A stretch of DNA of 64,000 nt, from the sequence record NC_048182.1. One strand, 5' to 3'. The position numbers and the translations under genes are program-made. Below are positions 19,775-30,174 of the stretch, one piece after another. Positions within the stretch are counted from its first letter, which is position 1; every line of letters begins with the position of its first letter. The notes below the pieces were generated by a model. The model was not told the origin of the DNA. It was given only the letters and a program-made list of their open reading frames with translations, and did not search any database.

Positions 19775-20218
19775 TTATTTTGTAACTGCTTTTGTATCCG
19801 TAGCGGAGATAACATCAATCACCGTAGAAATATTACCGGTTAAATGATCGACCACCTGGTTAAGGCTATTGATCAAGTCATTACTGGCATCAAGTTCTTT
19901 AGTAGTAGCGATGAGAAGTCTACGAGTCTTTAGGTAACACTCATCTTTCAACTCTGGCGCTACTTCCAAACAGTTGTTGTTTGCAAGGAAGAAGTCAAGC
20001 TTTTTAATATTGGCTTCCCTGACCTTCCAATCTTTGTTGTAAACAACTACCGGTATATCAATGAGACTGTTCTTTAACGCCGCTACCTGCGTTCTTGCTA
20101 GGTCCAATCTTGCCAGCTCCGTCTTCATTTCCACGTACGTCCCGCCCACCGACACTTTCGGTTGGTTGCTGCACGCTGAAACCATAGAGACTATCAAGAT
20201 CATTAGTCCCCATTTCAT
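19775..20218 (-). CDS. o-spanin-like outer-membrane lipoprotein
   Basis: Likely start ATG 20218 (SD GGAG). MKWGLMILIVSMVSA-C gives a lipobox-like VSAC, followed by a helical body. It starts inside the upstream TM-anchored gene in another frame. Confidence 0.65.
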   Translation of the reverse strand: MKWGLMILIVSMVSACSNQPKVSVGGTYVEMKTELARLDLARTQVAALKNSLIDIPVVVYNKDWKVREANIKKLDFFLANNNCLEVAPELKDECYLKTRRLLIATTKELDASNDLINSLNQVVDHLTGNISTVIDVISATDTKAVTK

Positions 20219-20510
20219 CACTGACTCCATACTTTTTGTAAAGCTCACCATAACCTTGTTCTCGCTGTTGCTGTGACACCATAACAGAGTTGCTCAGCCT
20301 CAATGTAAACTCCTGCTGGGCTTTAGCCAGGTTGTTCATTGACTCTGTAGCAGCACTGAATGTATCGACTGCGTTAGTTAGTTTATTAATGGTTTCTTTA
20401 TCCAGGTTATCACTTGGTTTAAGAACTAACCAAGAAACAACGGCAAAGGCCACTACCCAAATGGCGATAGCTTGACTTGCTACCAATATGTTTTTAATTT
20501 TCTCACTCAT
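20058..20510 (-). CDS. i-spanin-like inner-membrane protein
   Basis: Single N-terminal TM (AIAIWVVAFAVVSWLVL) followed by a coiled-coil-like periplasmic region. It overlaps the lipoprotein gene by ~160 nt. Confidence 0.65.
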   Translation of the reverse strand: MSEKIKNILVASQAIAIWVVAFAVVSWLVLKPSDNLDKETINKLTNAVDTFSAATESMNNLAKAQQEFTLRLSNSVMVSQQQREQGYGELYKKYGVSDEMGTNDLDSLYGFSVQQPTESVGGRDVRGNEDGAGKIGPSKNAGSGVKEQSH

Positions 20511-21742
20511 GATGTTTTCCTAAGTTCGATACCATGAATCTGTAACTGATAACCTTTCATGAGGTGACCAGGGTTACCTTGGTTAATGGCTGGGTTAAAC
20601 ACCACATTACCATCACCGGTTCCCGTAGACATCTGAGGATAATAGTTATAGACACGGACATCATGGTTTAACAAGCGTTGCTTAATCCCATAACTTCTTA
20701 TATACGGAACAGGCAACATTCCACTTTCCAATAAGAGAGGATGCTGGAAGCGATTCTCAGTATGGAAAGCATTTGGGAATCTGAATGTAGTTAACGGCGT
20801 TACATCCAAACCCAAACTTGGATTGTCAATAAGAATAACAAAACTGTTATGCATCAACAGCGCTTCTTTCTTATAGACATCAAACTTAGTTAAATTGGTA
20901 AGTGTCGGAGTACGAACATATTTACCATATTGTAAATGATGGCGAGTGACGTCAAAACTTGCTAAGTTAAATACAAGACGATCATCAGCAACACGGTAGA
21001 CAATATCGGGATCAACAAGTAACTGACCATTGACAACTAGCCAAATGGTTTTGTTAGCCATATCAACGTCGTCACCAGGTTGGTATTCCCAATGTTTAAC
21101 GGTACCAGCAACAACCTCAGCAAGTTTATCAGCTGTGATGGGAAGTGTTTTCACCTTACCTAACTTCTGAAAGTTCATGGCTCCCAGACGAACATCTTCA
21201 CGGTTCTGAATATAGTCTTTACCAGCGCCCATCAGGTATACACCGTCAGAACGGCCTACGCCCCGAACCATGCATCCGTTGTATGACCACAAGCAATAAT
21301 CATTAATATTGTTGTAGTCGATATTTTGATAGCGATAATGCGCAACACGAATATCCGGAGCGGCATCTGATGTAAGCTGGTCCTGTCTATCTTTTGCGAG
21401 GTTTAGGTCAGCCGGATAATGGAAATAGCCGTAGGTGAAAAATCGTTCTAGTTTCACATATCGGTATTTGTCACCCGGATAGATGTCAGATAACTTAAGG
21501 TTATTTCCATTCTGACTGGTTAACCATTGGTCAATGTTCATGCTTGGGTTTTGAGCAAACTCTAATTTATAATCTTCGAGTTTGATTGCGACATCGATAT
21601 CATATAAGCCATCGTGTACAGCAATGTACAGAATGTCAAATAGTTGTTCGAAGTCTGCAACACTAACGCCTGTTAAATCCACGTTGTGGTACCCAGGTCG
21701 ATAGTTCTTATATCTCCCCACTGCATATTTATAAGTGTACAT
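20507..21742 (-). CDS. virion structural protein (putative)
   Basis: 411 aa, Tyr-rich, in the structural region; its stop overlaps the i-spanin start. Confidence 0.6.
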   Translation of the reverse strand: MYTYKYAVGRYKNYRPGYHNVDLTGVSVADFEQLFDILYIAVHDGLYDIDVAIKLEDYKLEFAQNPSMNIDQWLTSQNGNNLKLSDIYPGDKYRYVKLERFFTYGYFHYPADLNLAKDRQDQLTSDAAPDIRVAHYRYQNIDYNNINDYCLWSYNGCMVRGVGRSDGVYLMGAGKDYIQNREDVRLGAMNFQKLGKVKTLPITADKLAEVVAGTVKHWEYQPGDDVDMANKTIWLVVNGQLLVDPDIVYRVADDRLVFNLASFDVTRHHLQYGKYVRTPTLTNLTKFDVYKKEALLMHNSFVILIDNPSLGLDVTPLTTFRFPNAFHTENRFQHPLLLESGMLPVPYIRSYGIKQRLLNHDVRVYNYYPQMSTGTGDGNVVFNPAINQGNPGHLMKGYQLQIHGIELRKTS

Positions 21743-21772
21743 AACGAAACCTTATTCAGAGGAATAGAACTG

Positions 21773-22534
21773 ATGTCAAAAGATTCAAGGTTAGCTGTGT
21801 CCGCCATACTTACTTGGCCTTGGAACCCGTTCCAAGATTTGGTAAGTAACCGTGTCGTTGATGAACCAGCTCACATTAGTGGCACTGGCAACCTTATCAT
21901 CGTTCCACGTAACGGACCTTTCTTTACCCGTAACTTTAAGATCAAACTTAAAGCTACTGGGCGTGAGTTATCAATGGCCGCAGGTGAATACTCCTTTGTT
22001 CACCCATTCGGTAGTTTCATTGAGAACTACAGTCGTCTGGTTTACGGTGCTGTATTAGTCAAAGGTGTTTCCAGCCCTACAGATTATGTTATTGAGTATG
22101 ATACCATCGGTGGTAATTTCGTACTGGACGACATAGCTTATGCTGAAGCTGTAGCTAATACATTAACCGCAGCTCGTACAATTGATTGGTCCGAGTTAGT
22201 TAATCTCCCAGATGTCTGGCCACCAGATCCACATCCACATCCTGCTTCAGACACCATGAACTACGGTGACCTGATTGTCTGGATGCAGTCTTATCTGGAT
22301 GCTATTACCGACACTAACTCTTCTGTCACTTGGAAACAGCAATTTGAAGCTCACTTGGAAGCTGATCTTCAGAATGCTCACAAAGCCCAGCCGTCTGATA
22401 TTGGATTTGATAATCTAAAAGACTGGCCAATGTGTACAGAGGAAGACCTTCAAGGTCAGTCCACCGAAGTGTTGATGAACGTCTGGGGTGTTAAAGAACT
22501 GATCCGTTCCTTCTCTCGTGGTGAGTGGCGTTAA
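21773..22534 (+). CDS. virion/baseplate structural protein
   Basis: Likely start ATG 21773 (SD AGAGGA). It shares the 'W..L.N.P..W.P.PH.H......G..DL' module with the N-termini of the downstream fibre proteins. Confidence 0.65.
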   Translation: MSKDSRLAVSAILTWPWNPFQDLVSNRVVDEPAHISGTGNLIIVPRNGPFFTRNFKIKLKATGRELSMAAGEYSFVHPFGSFIENYSRLVYGAVLVKGVSSPTDYVIEYDTIGGNFVLDDIAYAEAVANTLTAARTIDWSELVNLPDVWPPDPHPHPASDTMNYGDLIVWMQSYLDAITDTNSSVTWKQQFEAHLEADLQNAHKAQPSDIGFDNLKDWPMCTEEDLQGQSTEVLMNVWGVKELIRSFSRGEWR

Positions 22535-22542
22535 CATTTAAC

Positions 22543-22572
22543 CTTAACTGGGGCTTTCGGGTCCCAGTTAAG
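22543..22572 (+). terminator. hairpin / terminator
   Basis: CTTAACTGGGGC...GTCCCAGTTAAG inverted repeat just after the stop. Confidence 0.6.
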
Positions 22573-22588
22573 TCTATAAAGGTTTATT

Positions 22589-25500
22589 ATGATCAAACAA
22601 GATATTCCTCTTTACAAGTTAGATCTCACAGGAAAGAGTGAGTTTAACCATGTTAAGTTGCAGGCAGGATCTCGTTTTGATGTCGCTCAACACCAAATCG
22701 TAATTCCACCAGGAGCACCGTTCTATCAGAAATCGATGAAGATTACTGATCCGGCAGGTAAGCTTTTGGTCTTAGGTGAAGATTACGAGTTCTACGGCAT
22801 CATGAATAAGCTGACGGCGTTTACAGCTCAACCCGTTGGTTTGTTCGTTCGTTTCTTGAAAGATGAAATCCGTGAGTGGGTTTGGGATTATCAGGTAGTA
22901 GGGAACTTTAATAAGTTAACCACCGAAATCCTGAACATGCTACACTCCATTTATGAAGATGACCGTTATGTCCTGTACGAGAACATCAAGAATAAACCGT
23001 TGTGGTTTGATCCTGAGGTTCACCAACACGATTTAACTTATGATATCTTCGGCTTTACTGATTTGGCTCGTGAGTTGACCCGTGTTGCAAATATCCAGGG
23101 GACACAGAAATCAGCCGCAGTTGGTTTCTTAGAAACATTCCGAGATCACATTGATTTCTATTGTGATTCTTATCGTGAATTACTACAGGGTATCATTACT
23201 AACCACGCCAGTCACAAATATGACCAGCATGCTGTTCGTAAAGAACACATTGGGCTTGCATTAGTGGATAACAACCTCACAGCGACTCTAGAAGAGACGT
23301 TAGAAGGTTTACGTGATGATCTATTCATTACTCCATACAACGCAGCCTTGGCTGTTACAGCGGCAGCTGGACGTAACGATAAGTTATACCCATCAGGTAA
23401 ACTTCCTTTACTGCGATACGGTTCTGATACCTTTATTCCTCCTACCATTTCTGGTAGCTTTGAAGGACTAGGTGCCCAAACCCGCCGTGTAGGTGGATTA
23501 GTCGAGTCAGATGGTACGATGCTGATTCTTCAACACCGCAATAACGGTAAGTATCGTGGGTTGTATTTTGTACGGTGTGCAAACTGGATGAGTCAAAGTG
23601 CCGAGTATGAGTTTACTTCATACATGTATACTCACCCAACAGCTACCGCAGATGGAGCTACCCTAGATACTATCATTAACGGGTCTAACCGTTACATTAT
23701 GGTTGTGGGTGATGCAGTTAAAAACATCTGGTACTACGCTGAGACACACGGAACGTTCAACCCGGATCGTCATATCCTCCGTCGCATTAGTGGACCTTGG
23801 GTAACCGAAGACCTGGCTAACCGCCCAAACCAGTGGAACCTCAACGCCGAAACTAAATGTGTGGTGCTTGCGGATGAAAACTACGCCGAAGGCTGGTCAA
23901 TCATCCAGACATACAACATCAGTACGTTTAATGAACGTCGTACTCTTCCACATACACCAAACTGGTATTGGGATAGATCGATAAACATCGATAACGCAGG
24001 GTATTCCATCATTTACTTTAAAGGGTTGAGTGCTCTGGGTGTTCGTTGTCGTATTGATTATACCCATGAAGTTTTTGGGAATAAAAACGATCACTATTTC
24101 ACGCCTTGGTGGCCAGAAGTTGATGATGACGGTACAGGTGGTAAGGGTGCTAATATTCACAGTTTATTTGCGCGGTACACTCGACCAACTAAATATCTTT
24201 GGATGCACCGTTCCCTCCATGCCATGTGGTTAAAGTCTGCGGCAAACACATTTAACCTTCGATTGACTATCACGGGTATCGATGATGCCGGTGTGTCTGG
24301 AAGACGGTTCATGTTCCCGACATTCCGTGGTCAATTACGATTTGAACAAATTGGTGCTGAGCAATGGTGTCATATCACTCCGCATGAAGATATGACCATG
24401 CCATTGATAAATCCAGATGACAGGAACGATACCAATCCGACCTATAAAAAATGGATAGAAAGCATCAACGCATACGAATATCCCGATAGTGCGGATCGTA
24501 TCGGTTCTTTTGTGGTTGATAGAGAGTTCTTGCATTTCTCGGATGGGTTTGGTAACTCTATTTTCCCTTCGGTATATTGCATGTTGAAAACACCTTACCT
24601 TAAAGATGCTGATGCAATATACCGTCAGCCTCCTCCAGGATCTGTCACTCGTTTCTATAAAGAAGGTGATGGCCGGTTAGTTTTCAATGAAGCAAACCCA
24701 TTGGGAATGACAGAGTCCTTTGTACTTCAGCGTTGGTTAAGTGCCGATACCACTAACTACGCTCAGACAGGGTTTTTGATTAAGCAGAATACCCCTGATG
24801 GTCCTGAATGGATATTCAGGCATTCCAGATTTGCTAATAGTAACTGGACCCACCTCCGCCCTACTGTTTCTTCTTCGTTTGGCGGAAAAGCGTATTCTCA
24901 CTGGCCGTTCTTGTCCTCAGTTCGTAAAACAAACTTAGGTCAACAAGTCAGGATGTCTCAATCGGTTCCACCTCCTAATGGGGTATCTGCAAATAACAGT
25001 TATACTCATTTATTTGGTGCGTCATGTAACACAACGGTGATGGGGACCAACAAAGGGTTTAACTCTGAAGGAACACGTGCTGACTATCTGTTGCCGTGGA
25101 CCACAGTAACCTCCATTGTTGGGAATGATGTTCAATTCCAACATCAGGAAGTGTTTAACGTTAAACGACTTGTTGAACAAGATCTTCTTGCCTTATTTAC
25201 GCCGTTTGGTTACACACTTAGTGATATACGCAAGACCTGGTCAATTAGTCAGACCATGGACCCAAGCGGAGCTATTAAGTTTGTTGCTGCGGTCAACCGT
25301 TTGGTCGGGCGTGATCTCCGAATGGCATTTGTTATTGGTACCGTAACTGGCCAAGGTGCAACAAGCACTACCGATGGTTATAAACTATGGGCTGATGCTA
25401 AATGGACTTCGCTGTCCCCTGTTACTGATAGACTGATCAATGACGTTGTTGAGTTAGGAACAGGATATAGTTATTGGGACCAGAACAGTAAGGACTCTGC

Positions 25501-26287
25501 TAAGTTAAACCATGGGCTGTGCCTAACAATTCCTTGGGAGAGTCGATCCCCTGACGGCTCGGTTGCAAGCGCCAATAGTTATACCATTTACCTGAGACAG
25601 TGCCAAGGATACTTCCCATCTGGCGGTGATGATATGGCCGCTGTTGTTATCGAGGTAAGCGCTGATTCAAGAACTATTTTGAATCATCAAAATACCTACG
25701 GTAGCATGTGGACAATGACCAACTCTTTGGAACCAATCCCAGAAACTGGTATTATCCGTACTCAATGGGCTATTGAGGTATTTGAGGGATCTGCCATTGC
25801 AGGCGGTCCAATTAACTCAACCCGTGTCTATGATGGTATTGCTGGTGATACGTACAGTCAATCTGGCGGATACATCGGGGCGACTAACATCATCACTCCT
25901 GCTTATACTGTTTACTTTAACCAGATAAAGAACATCCTGCTTGCGGGTAAGATGTACGATATCCCGTCGACCTATATCGACATACTTGATCAAGATCCGT
26001 CCCCTGCTGGTAAGACTTATTACGTCTACGTGTATTACTCCAACAACGTTGCTGAATACATTATTAGTCCAACCGTCAGACCAGAGTCATCAGTTCAATC
26101 GATGATTGCCACTGTAATTTGTGGACCTACTCAGATTGACCGCATTATTCCATATAACCGTTTCTCTATGAACGGTGTGGTAATTTCGGCCAAACGTCAA
26201 GGTTCTGCAATCCTTGCATCCAGTGGTTCGTCAGAAGGTGTTGGAGATACTTCCACCATTTTACTTGATAACGATTTTATTCCGTAA
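22589..26287 (+). CDS. tail fibre/baseplate protein, paralog 1
   Basis: 1232 aa. It has the fibre-type H..H.V....GL..VDN..TAT..E..G motif and PPTISGSFEGLG, shared with the next gene. Confidence 0.7.
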   Translation: MIKQDIPLYKLDLTGKSEFNHVKLQAGSRFDVAQHQIVIPPGAPFYQKSMKITDPAGKLLVLGEDYEFYGIMNKLTAFTAQPVGLFVRFLKDEIREWVWDYQVVGNFNKLTTEILNMLHSIYEDDRYVLYENIKNKPLWFDPEVHQHDLTYDIFGFTDLARELTRVANIQGTQKSAAVGFLETFRDHIDFYCDSYRELLQGIITNHASHKYDQHAVRKEHIGLALVDNNLTATLEETLEGLRDDLFITPYNAALAVTAAAGRNDKLYPSGKLPLLRYGSDTFIPPTISGSFEGLGAQTRRVGGLVESDGTMLILQHRNNGKYRGLYFVRCANWMSQSAEYEFTSYMYTHPTATADGATLDTIINGSNRYIMVVGDAVKNIWYYAETHGTFNPDRHILRRISGPWVTEDLANRPNQWNLNAETKCVVLADENYAEGWSIIQTYNISTFNERRTLPHTPNWYWDRSINIDNAGYSIIYFKGLSALGVRCRIDYTHEVFGNKNDHYFTPWWPEVDDDGTGGKGANIHSLFARYTRPTKYLWMHRSLHAMWLKSAANTFNLRLTITGIDDAGVSGRRFMFPTFRGQLRFEQIGAEQWCHITPHEDMTMPLINPDDRNDTNPTYKKWIESINAYEYPDSADRIGSFVVDREFLHFSDGFGNSIFPSVYCMLKTPYLKDADAIYRQPPPGSVTRFYKEGDGRLVFNEANPLGMTESFVLQRWLSADTTNYAQTGFLIKQNTPDGPEWIFRHSRFANSNWTHLRPTVSSSFGGKAYSHWPFLSSVRKTNLGQQVRMSQSVPPPNGVSANNSYTHLFGASCNTTVMGTNKGFNSEGTRADYLLPWTTVTSIVGNDVQFQHQEVFNVKRLVEQDLLALFTPFGYTLSDIRKTWSISQTMDPSGAIKFVAAVNRLVGRDLRMAFVIGTVTGQGATSTTDGYKLWADAKWTSLSPVTDRLINDVVELGTGYSYWDQNSKDSAKLNHGLCLTIPWESRSPDGSVASANSYTIYLRQCQGYFPSGGDDMAAVVIEVSADSRTILNHQNTYGSMWTMTNSLEPIPETGIIRTQWAIEVFEGSAIAGGPINSTRVYDGIAGDTYSQSGGYIGATNIITPAYTVYFNQIKNILLAGKMYDIPSTYIDILDQDPSPAGKTYYVYVYYSNNVAEYIISPTVRPESSVQSMIATVICGPTQIDRIIPYNRFSMNGVVISAKRQGSAILASSGSSEGVGDTSTILLDNDFIP

Positions 26288-26298
26288 GAAAATGAAAC

Positions 26299-26328
26299 TA
26301 TTGGGGCGATCTTTTGATCGCTCCAATA
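26299..26328 (+). terminator. hairpin / terminator
   Basis: TATTGGGGCGATC-TTTT-GATCGCTCCAATA. Confidence 0.65.
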
Positions 26329-26347
26329 TTTCTATTATGAGGCTACG

Positions 26348-29300
26348 ATGAAAGATATTGAAATTATCGACATCGACTATTCCGCCAAAGATCCTACTTT
26401 TAAGAAAGAGGATAAGGTTGTAGTCGCCAAGATCTCCGGACCTTGGATAATTCCTGAAGAGGGTCCCGTTTACGCGGATTCGGTCAGGGTTCTTAAAGGT
26501 GGGTTAGATCTTATTCCTGGAACAGACTTTGAACCAGTAGAAGAAGTCACAGACTTAACTTTAAAGACCGGTAAGAAAGTTGTTCTTTATATCCAGTTAA
26601 AACAACACATTATCAGCGGTGGTGGTGAACTGGATATGATTTACCAGCGTGTTGGGTTGCCGATTATTTCTACCAAGAAACTTATTGATACCTTGGAAGA
26701 AATGGTCATCAAAGGGAAACCTGTTGATTGGGATACCGGGGTTACTAACAAACCCGCTACTCAATATCCTTCCTGGCATAGTCACGATATTAAAAACTCT
26801 GCCGAGATGGTTGGGTTTGGTGGATTGGTAGAACTGTTTTCTCGTTTGACTTGGGAACAGAATACCGAAGGCAGTAAGATGCAGGCTCTGTTGACTCAAC
26901 TTCAAACAGAGATGTACTCCAAACTGGATTACACACGCAAGTTAAAGTGGGGTGCGATTATGACGCACTCACGCAACTATCGGAACCCCCATGGTGTAGT
27001 TCCTGGCGATGTAAACTCCGGTAACATTAATAACTTTGCTACCGCTACCCCGCAAGAGGACAGCGAAGGTCGTCGTTCTGATTTACGTTCAACCCCTGCT
27101 GGTCTGAGTCGTTTGATCTCAGAAGCCTCCCCAGTTACCGAAGACTACCTGGTTCAAAACGAATTACCGTTTGGTTATTACGGTTCAGGTATTTATCTTC
27201 CACCACCAATTACCGGCTCTTTCGAAGGCTTGGGTGGGGATATCGAAAACTCCGCATTTGTGCGTGAAGGTAACGGTTGGACTGTTGGACTTATTCGCGG
27301 TTACGATGGCCGTGTTAAAAACCTGTATTACGTATATACAGAAGACGTCAGAGATCGTTCCAACAGTTCACCATGGATCCATACTTATGTTCAGTATGTT
27401 CACCCTGCTATCACTGGTGCGGGTAAGCGTGCTAACATGGTTGTCTCTGGTTCAAACCAAGATGTGATCTGCCTGGGCGATGTTGCTTGGGGCGGTGACA
27501 GCATGGTGAAGGGGCGTGACCAGTTATGGATTGGTGTGACTAACTCCACTTTTGATCCAGCTTCGCACACCCTAAAGCCAATTGACATCGTAAACAAAGT
27601 TGTCGATAAAGCCGCTGCTGTTGGTGGAATATACAACATGCAGGCTGGCATGGGAACAATTGCTCGTGTGGGCGATTGGGTCTATTACATCCATTCATTC
27701 TCCGGCGCTACTGGTGATATCCCTGGCAACTACTTAGGTGGTGATCAGAACTGGCAGCAACACTTCTGGCGATTCAAGTATTCTGATTTAACAAACCCTG
27801 CTGTAACATCAATAGTTCTTCAGCCGGTTAACGTTACCTTTGATAACTTAGACCGTGAACGCCGTACTAACCAACCTGCTTTCTTTATGATCAAACATAA
27901 AGGAACCGGTACCAATGTTATTTCTGAAGGTGCGTTGAAATTCAGTCGTCCAGTTATCACTGCGGATAGTCACCGTCGTCGTCAGTTTCTTGTGGTTCCT
28001 AACCCGAACAACAAACGGTATGCACGAGTAAGGATACTCTTTGTTACATATACCACTATTAGAAACATTGGTGGGGATGGTACTCGCGGTTTGTGGCAAG
28101 ACTTGATTGTCGACTATGATTGGGATGTTGAAACCAACACGTGGACAATTGATAAAAACTGGCGCAAGCCTACCTTGGACATTGATGGTCCAGGGAACGG
28201 AACACTGACAGATATCAATGCGCCCTGGAACCAGTCATATAGCCATGCTTCTCATACCAACCAGTTTGTCTTTGTATCAGGAAGTTGGGTACCTGGTGTT
28301 GGTTACGTTTCAATGGGTTCTGTCCAGACAGGTGTACCGCCGTACATGATGTCGGTATCTTTGTTCAATGACGAAAACGATCCTACTCGTGACTTCTATT
28401 GGGCTAACCAACCGCCGTCTCGTTGGGACTCCGTTGGACGCTTTAATAACTTCAGATTGAAAATGGTCATGCGTTCGCCATTTGGTGTTGCTGGCTTCCC
28501 GCGTCATTACTCTGATCTTTATGCGCTGACTGACGGAACTCGCGCCACTCCAATTGAAGTTTTCTATGCGGAAAACGAAGCACAGAACCAACAGTACTTT
28601 TATCGTATTGCGGAAACGGTTGCCTCAGATAACGGATACGATTACCGTGAAACACTACAGTCTGATTTTATCGACAGACCTATCTATGGTCGTAAGACAA
28701 ACTCAAACTTTGGTGTTGTAAACGGGATGACCCAGAACGTTGGTACTACTAACCGCCCAATGCGCAAGAATGAACGATCATTCACCGCAGGACACATGAG
28801 TTATACCCGCACCAAGTTAATTGCTAACCCAGGTGCTGCACCAAGCTTCACATGGAAGATTAACGAGAGTGGGCAACAGGTAGCGCACTCTATCGAATCG
28901 AATGGTGACGTGATTGTTAACTTGGCGTATGACTGGCGTTATGATACTCCGACCAAAGTGTTGTTCTGTCGTCCGAACGCTAATAAGCAGGTTCGTATTC
29001 CTCGTTCATTGTGGCAGGATATGGTCCATAGTTCCATTGGAGCAGCAGACTTAGCTAAGACTTTGGATTACTCGGTATCGTTCTATATTGCAGATCAACC
29101 AGGTGGGGGTGAAACACCATACTCCCATTGGTGTGTACACTACCATACCACCGACGCTCCATCAATAACGCGTACTATCGCTGGTATCTTTACTTGGTCT
29201 GTTGTAACTACCATCAATGGTGTTCGTCAAATTAAGTTTGATGGAATGCAATATCCATTCAACCAGTCAGGCAACAAACAACGCCCATTAAGACCTGGTG

Positions 29301-30136
29301 TAACCACAAACATTTCTGCAGGTCCTGACCACCACGCTATTAACGCGGACGGTACATGGACTGGTGTGCTGTTTAGCACAGGTACTGATGTTAAGCATAC
29401 TCACATGGAGATTCTTGACAAAGGTGCAGGTGGTACGTCTAACATTGAAATGTGCTGGCAACCAGGTACTCAGATTAACGTAACGGGTAACATGACCGGT
29501 GACAAGTTCTTCCTGCGTATCCAAAACGGTGTGGTAATTGAGGGGTCGTTAGGTTGGTCCTCTAACCGTGCGTTTAACGCCGAGTTTAGTAACCAGGTGT
29601 TTGCTAATGCTCAACACGGTTGGTTGAATGGTGTTACGTCTGCAACCTCTGGTGGTGCTATTTGCTTACTGTCTCCATGGAACGGTCAGGAAACACCATT
29701 AGGTGCGGTAATGGATAAGTACATTATGTATGGGGCAACGTACGTTGAAGGTAACTGGTCAGTGTTCATTAACTCTGAAGTGACTGTAACCTTTAACGGT
29801 TTCTCAATGATGGCAAAAATGCAGAACTGGGATCTTCGTGATCTGTCCGATGTTTATAAAAATCAGACATTCTACATTTACTGTTGCGCCAATGGTTCGG
29901 GTGCGTACTATGAAGTTACAAAGATCTTGCGAGGTCATGATGCTAACAAGATCCTTGTGGCAACTGTTAAGACGGATGACTTCGGTATTGTAACCATTGA
30001 ACGTCGTCAAACCTTTACTATCTCCGGGTTCCCGATTACTCTGGCCCGCGACATGGGTGTTCCGGCATCTTCTGGTGCTGTAACTGAACAAGGTAACTAC
30101 AAGTTCTTAAAACGCAGCGAACTCTTTAGTGGTTAA
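26348..30136 (+). CDS. tail fibre/baseplate protein, paralog 2
   Basis: 1262 aa with H...NPHGV...N..TAT and PPPITGSFEGLG. Its C-terminal module is homologous to that of paralog 1. Confidence 0.7.
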   Translation: MKDIEIIDIDYSAKDPTFKKEDKVVVAKISGPWIIPEEGPVYADSVRVLKGGLDLIPGTDFEPVEEVTDLTLKTGKKVVLYIQLKQHIISGGGELDMIYQRVGLPIISTKKLIDTLEEMVIKGKPVDWDTGVTNKPATQYPSWHSHDIKNSAEMVGFGGLVELFSRLTWEQNTEGSKMQALLTQLQTEMYSKLDYTRKLKWGAIMTHSRNYRNPHGVVPGDVNSGNINNFATATPQEDSEGRRSDLRSTPAGLSRLISEASPVTEDYLVQNELPFGYYGSGIYLPPPITGSFEGLGGDIENSAFVREGNGWTVGLIRGYDGRVKNLYYVYTEDVRDRSNSSPWIHTYVQYVHPAITGAGKRANMVVSGSNQDVICLGDVAWGGDSMVKGRDQLWIGVTNSTFDPASHTLKPIDIVNKVVDKAAAVGGIYNMQAGMGTIARVGDWVYYIHSFSGATGDIPGNYLGGDQNWQQHFWRFKYSDLTNPAVTSIVLQPVNVTFDNLDRERRTNQPAFFMIKHKGTGTNVISEGALKFSRPVITADSHRRRQFLVVPNPNNKRYARVRILFVTYTTIRNIGGDGTRGLWQDLIVDYDWDVETNTWTIDKNWRKPTLDIDGPGNGTLTDINAPWNQSYSHASHTNQFVFVSGSWVPGVGYVSMGSVQTGVPPYMMSVSLFNDENDPTRDFYWANQPPSRWDSVGRFNNFRLKMVMRSPFGVAGFPRHYSDLYALTDGTRATPIEVFYAENEAQNQQYFYRIAETVASDNGYDYRETLQSDFIDRPIYGRKTNSNFGVVNGMTQNVGTTNRPMRKNERSFTAGHMSYTRTKLIANPGAAPSFTWKINESGQQVAHSIESNGDVIVNLAYDWRYDTPTKVLFCRPNANKQVRIPRSLWQDMVHSSIGAADLAKTLDYSVSFYIADQPGGGETPYSHWCVHYHTTDAPSITRTIAGIFTWSVVTTINGVRQIKFDGMQYPFNQSGNKQRPLRPGVTTNISAGPDHHAINADGTWTGVLFSTGTDVKHTHMEILDKGAGGTSNIEMCWQPGTQINVTGNMTGDKFFLRIQNGVVIEGSLGWSSNRAFNAEFSNQVFANAQHGWLNGVTSATSGGAICLLSPWNGQETPLGAVMDKYIMYGATYVEGNWSVFINSEVTVTFNGFSMMAKMQNWDLRDLSDVYKNQTFYIYCCANGSGAYYEVTKILRGHDANKILVATVKTDDFGIVTIERRQTFTISGFPITLARDMGVPASSGAVTEQGNYKFLKRSELFSG

Positions 30137-30174
30137 AATGGTGGGGCCTTCGGGCCCTTCTCATTCAGGAGATA

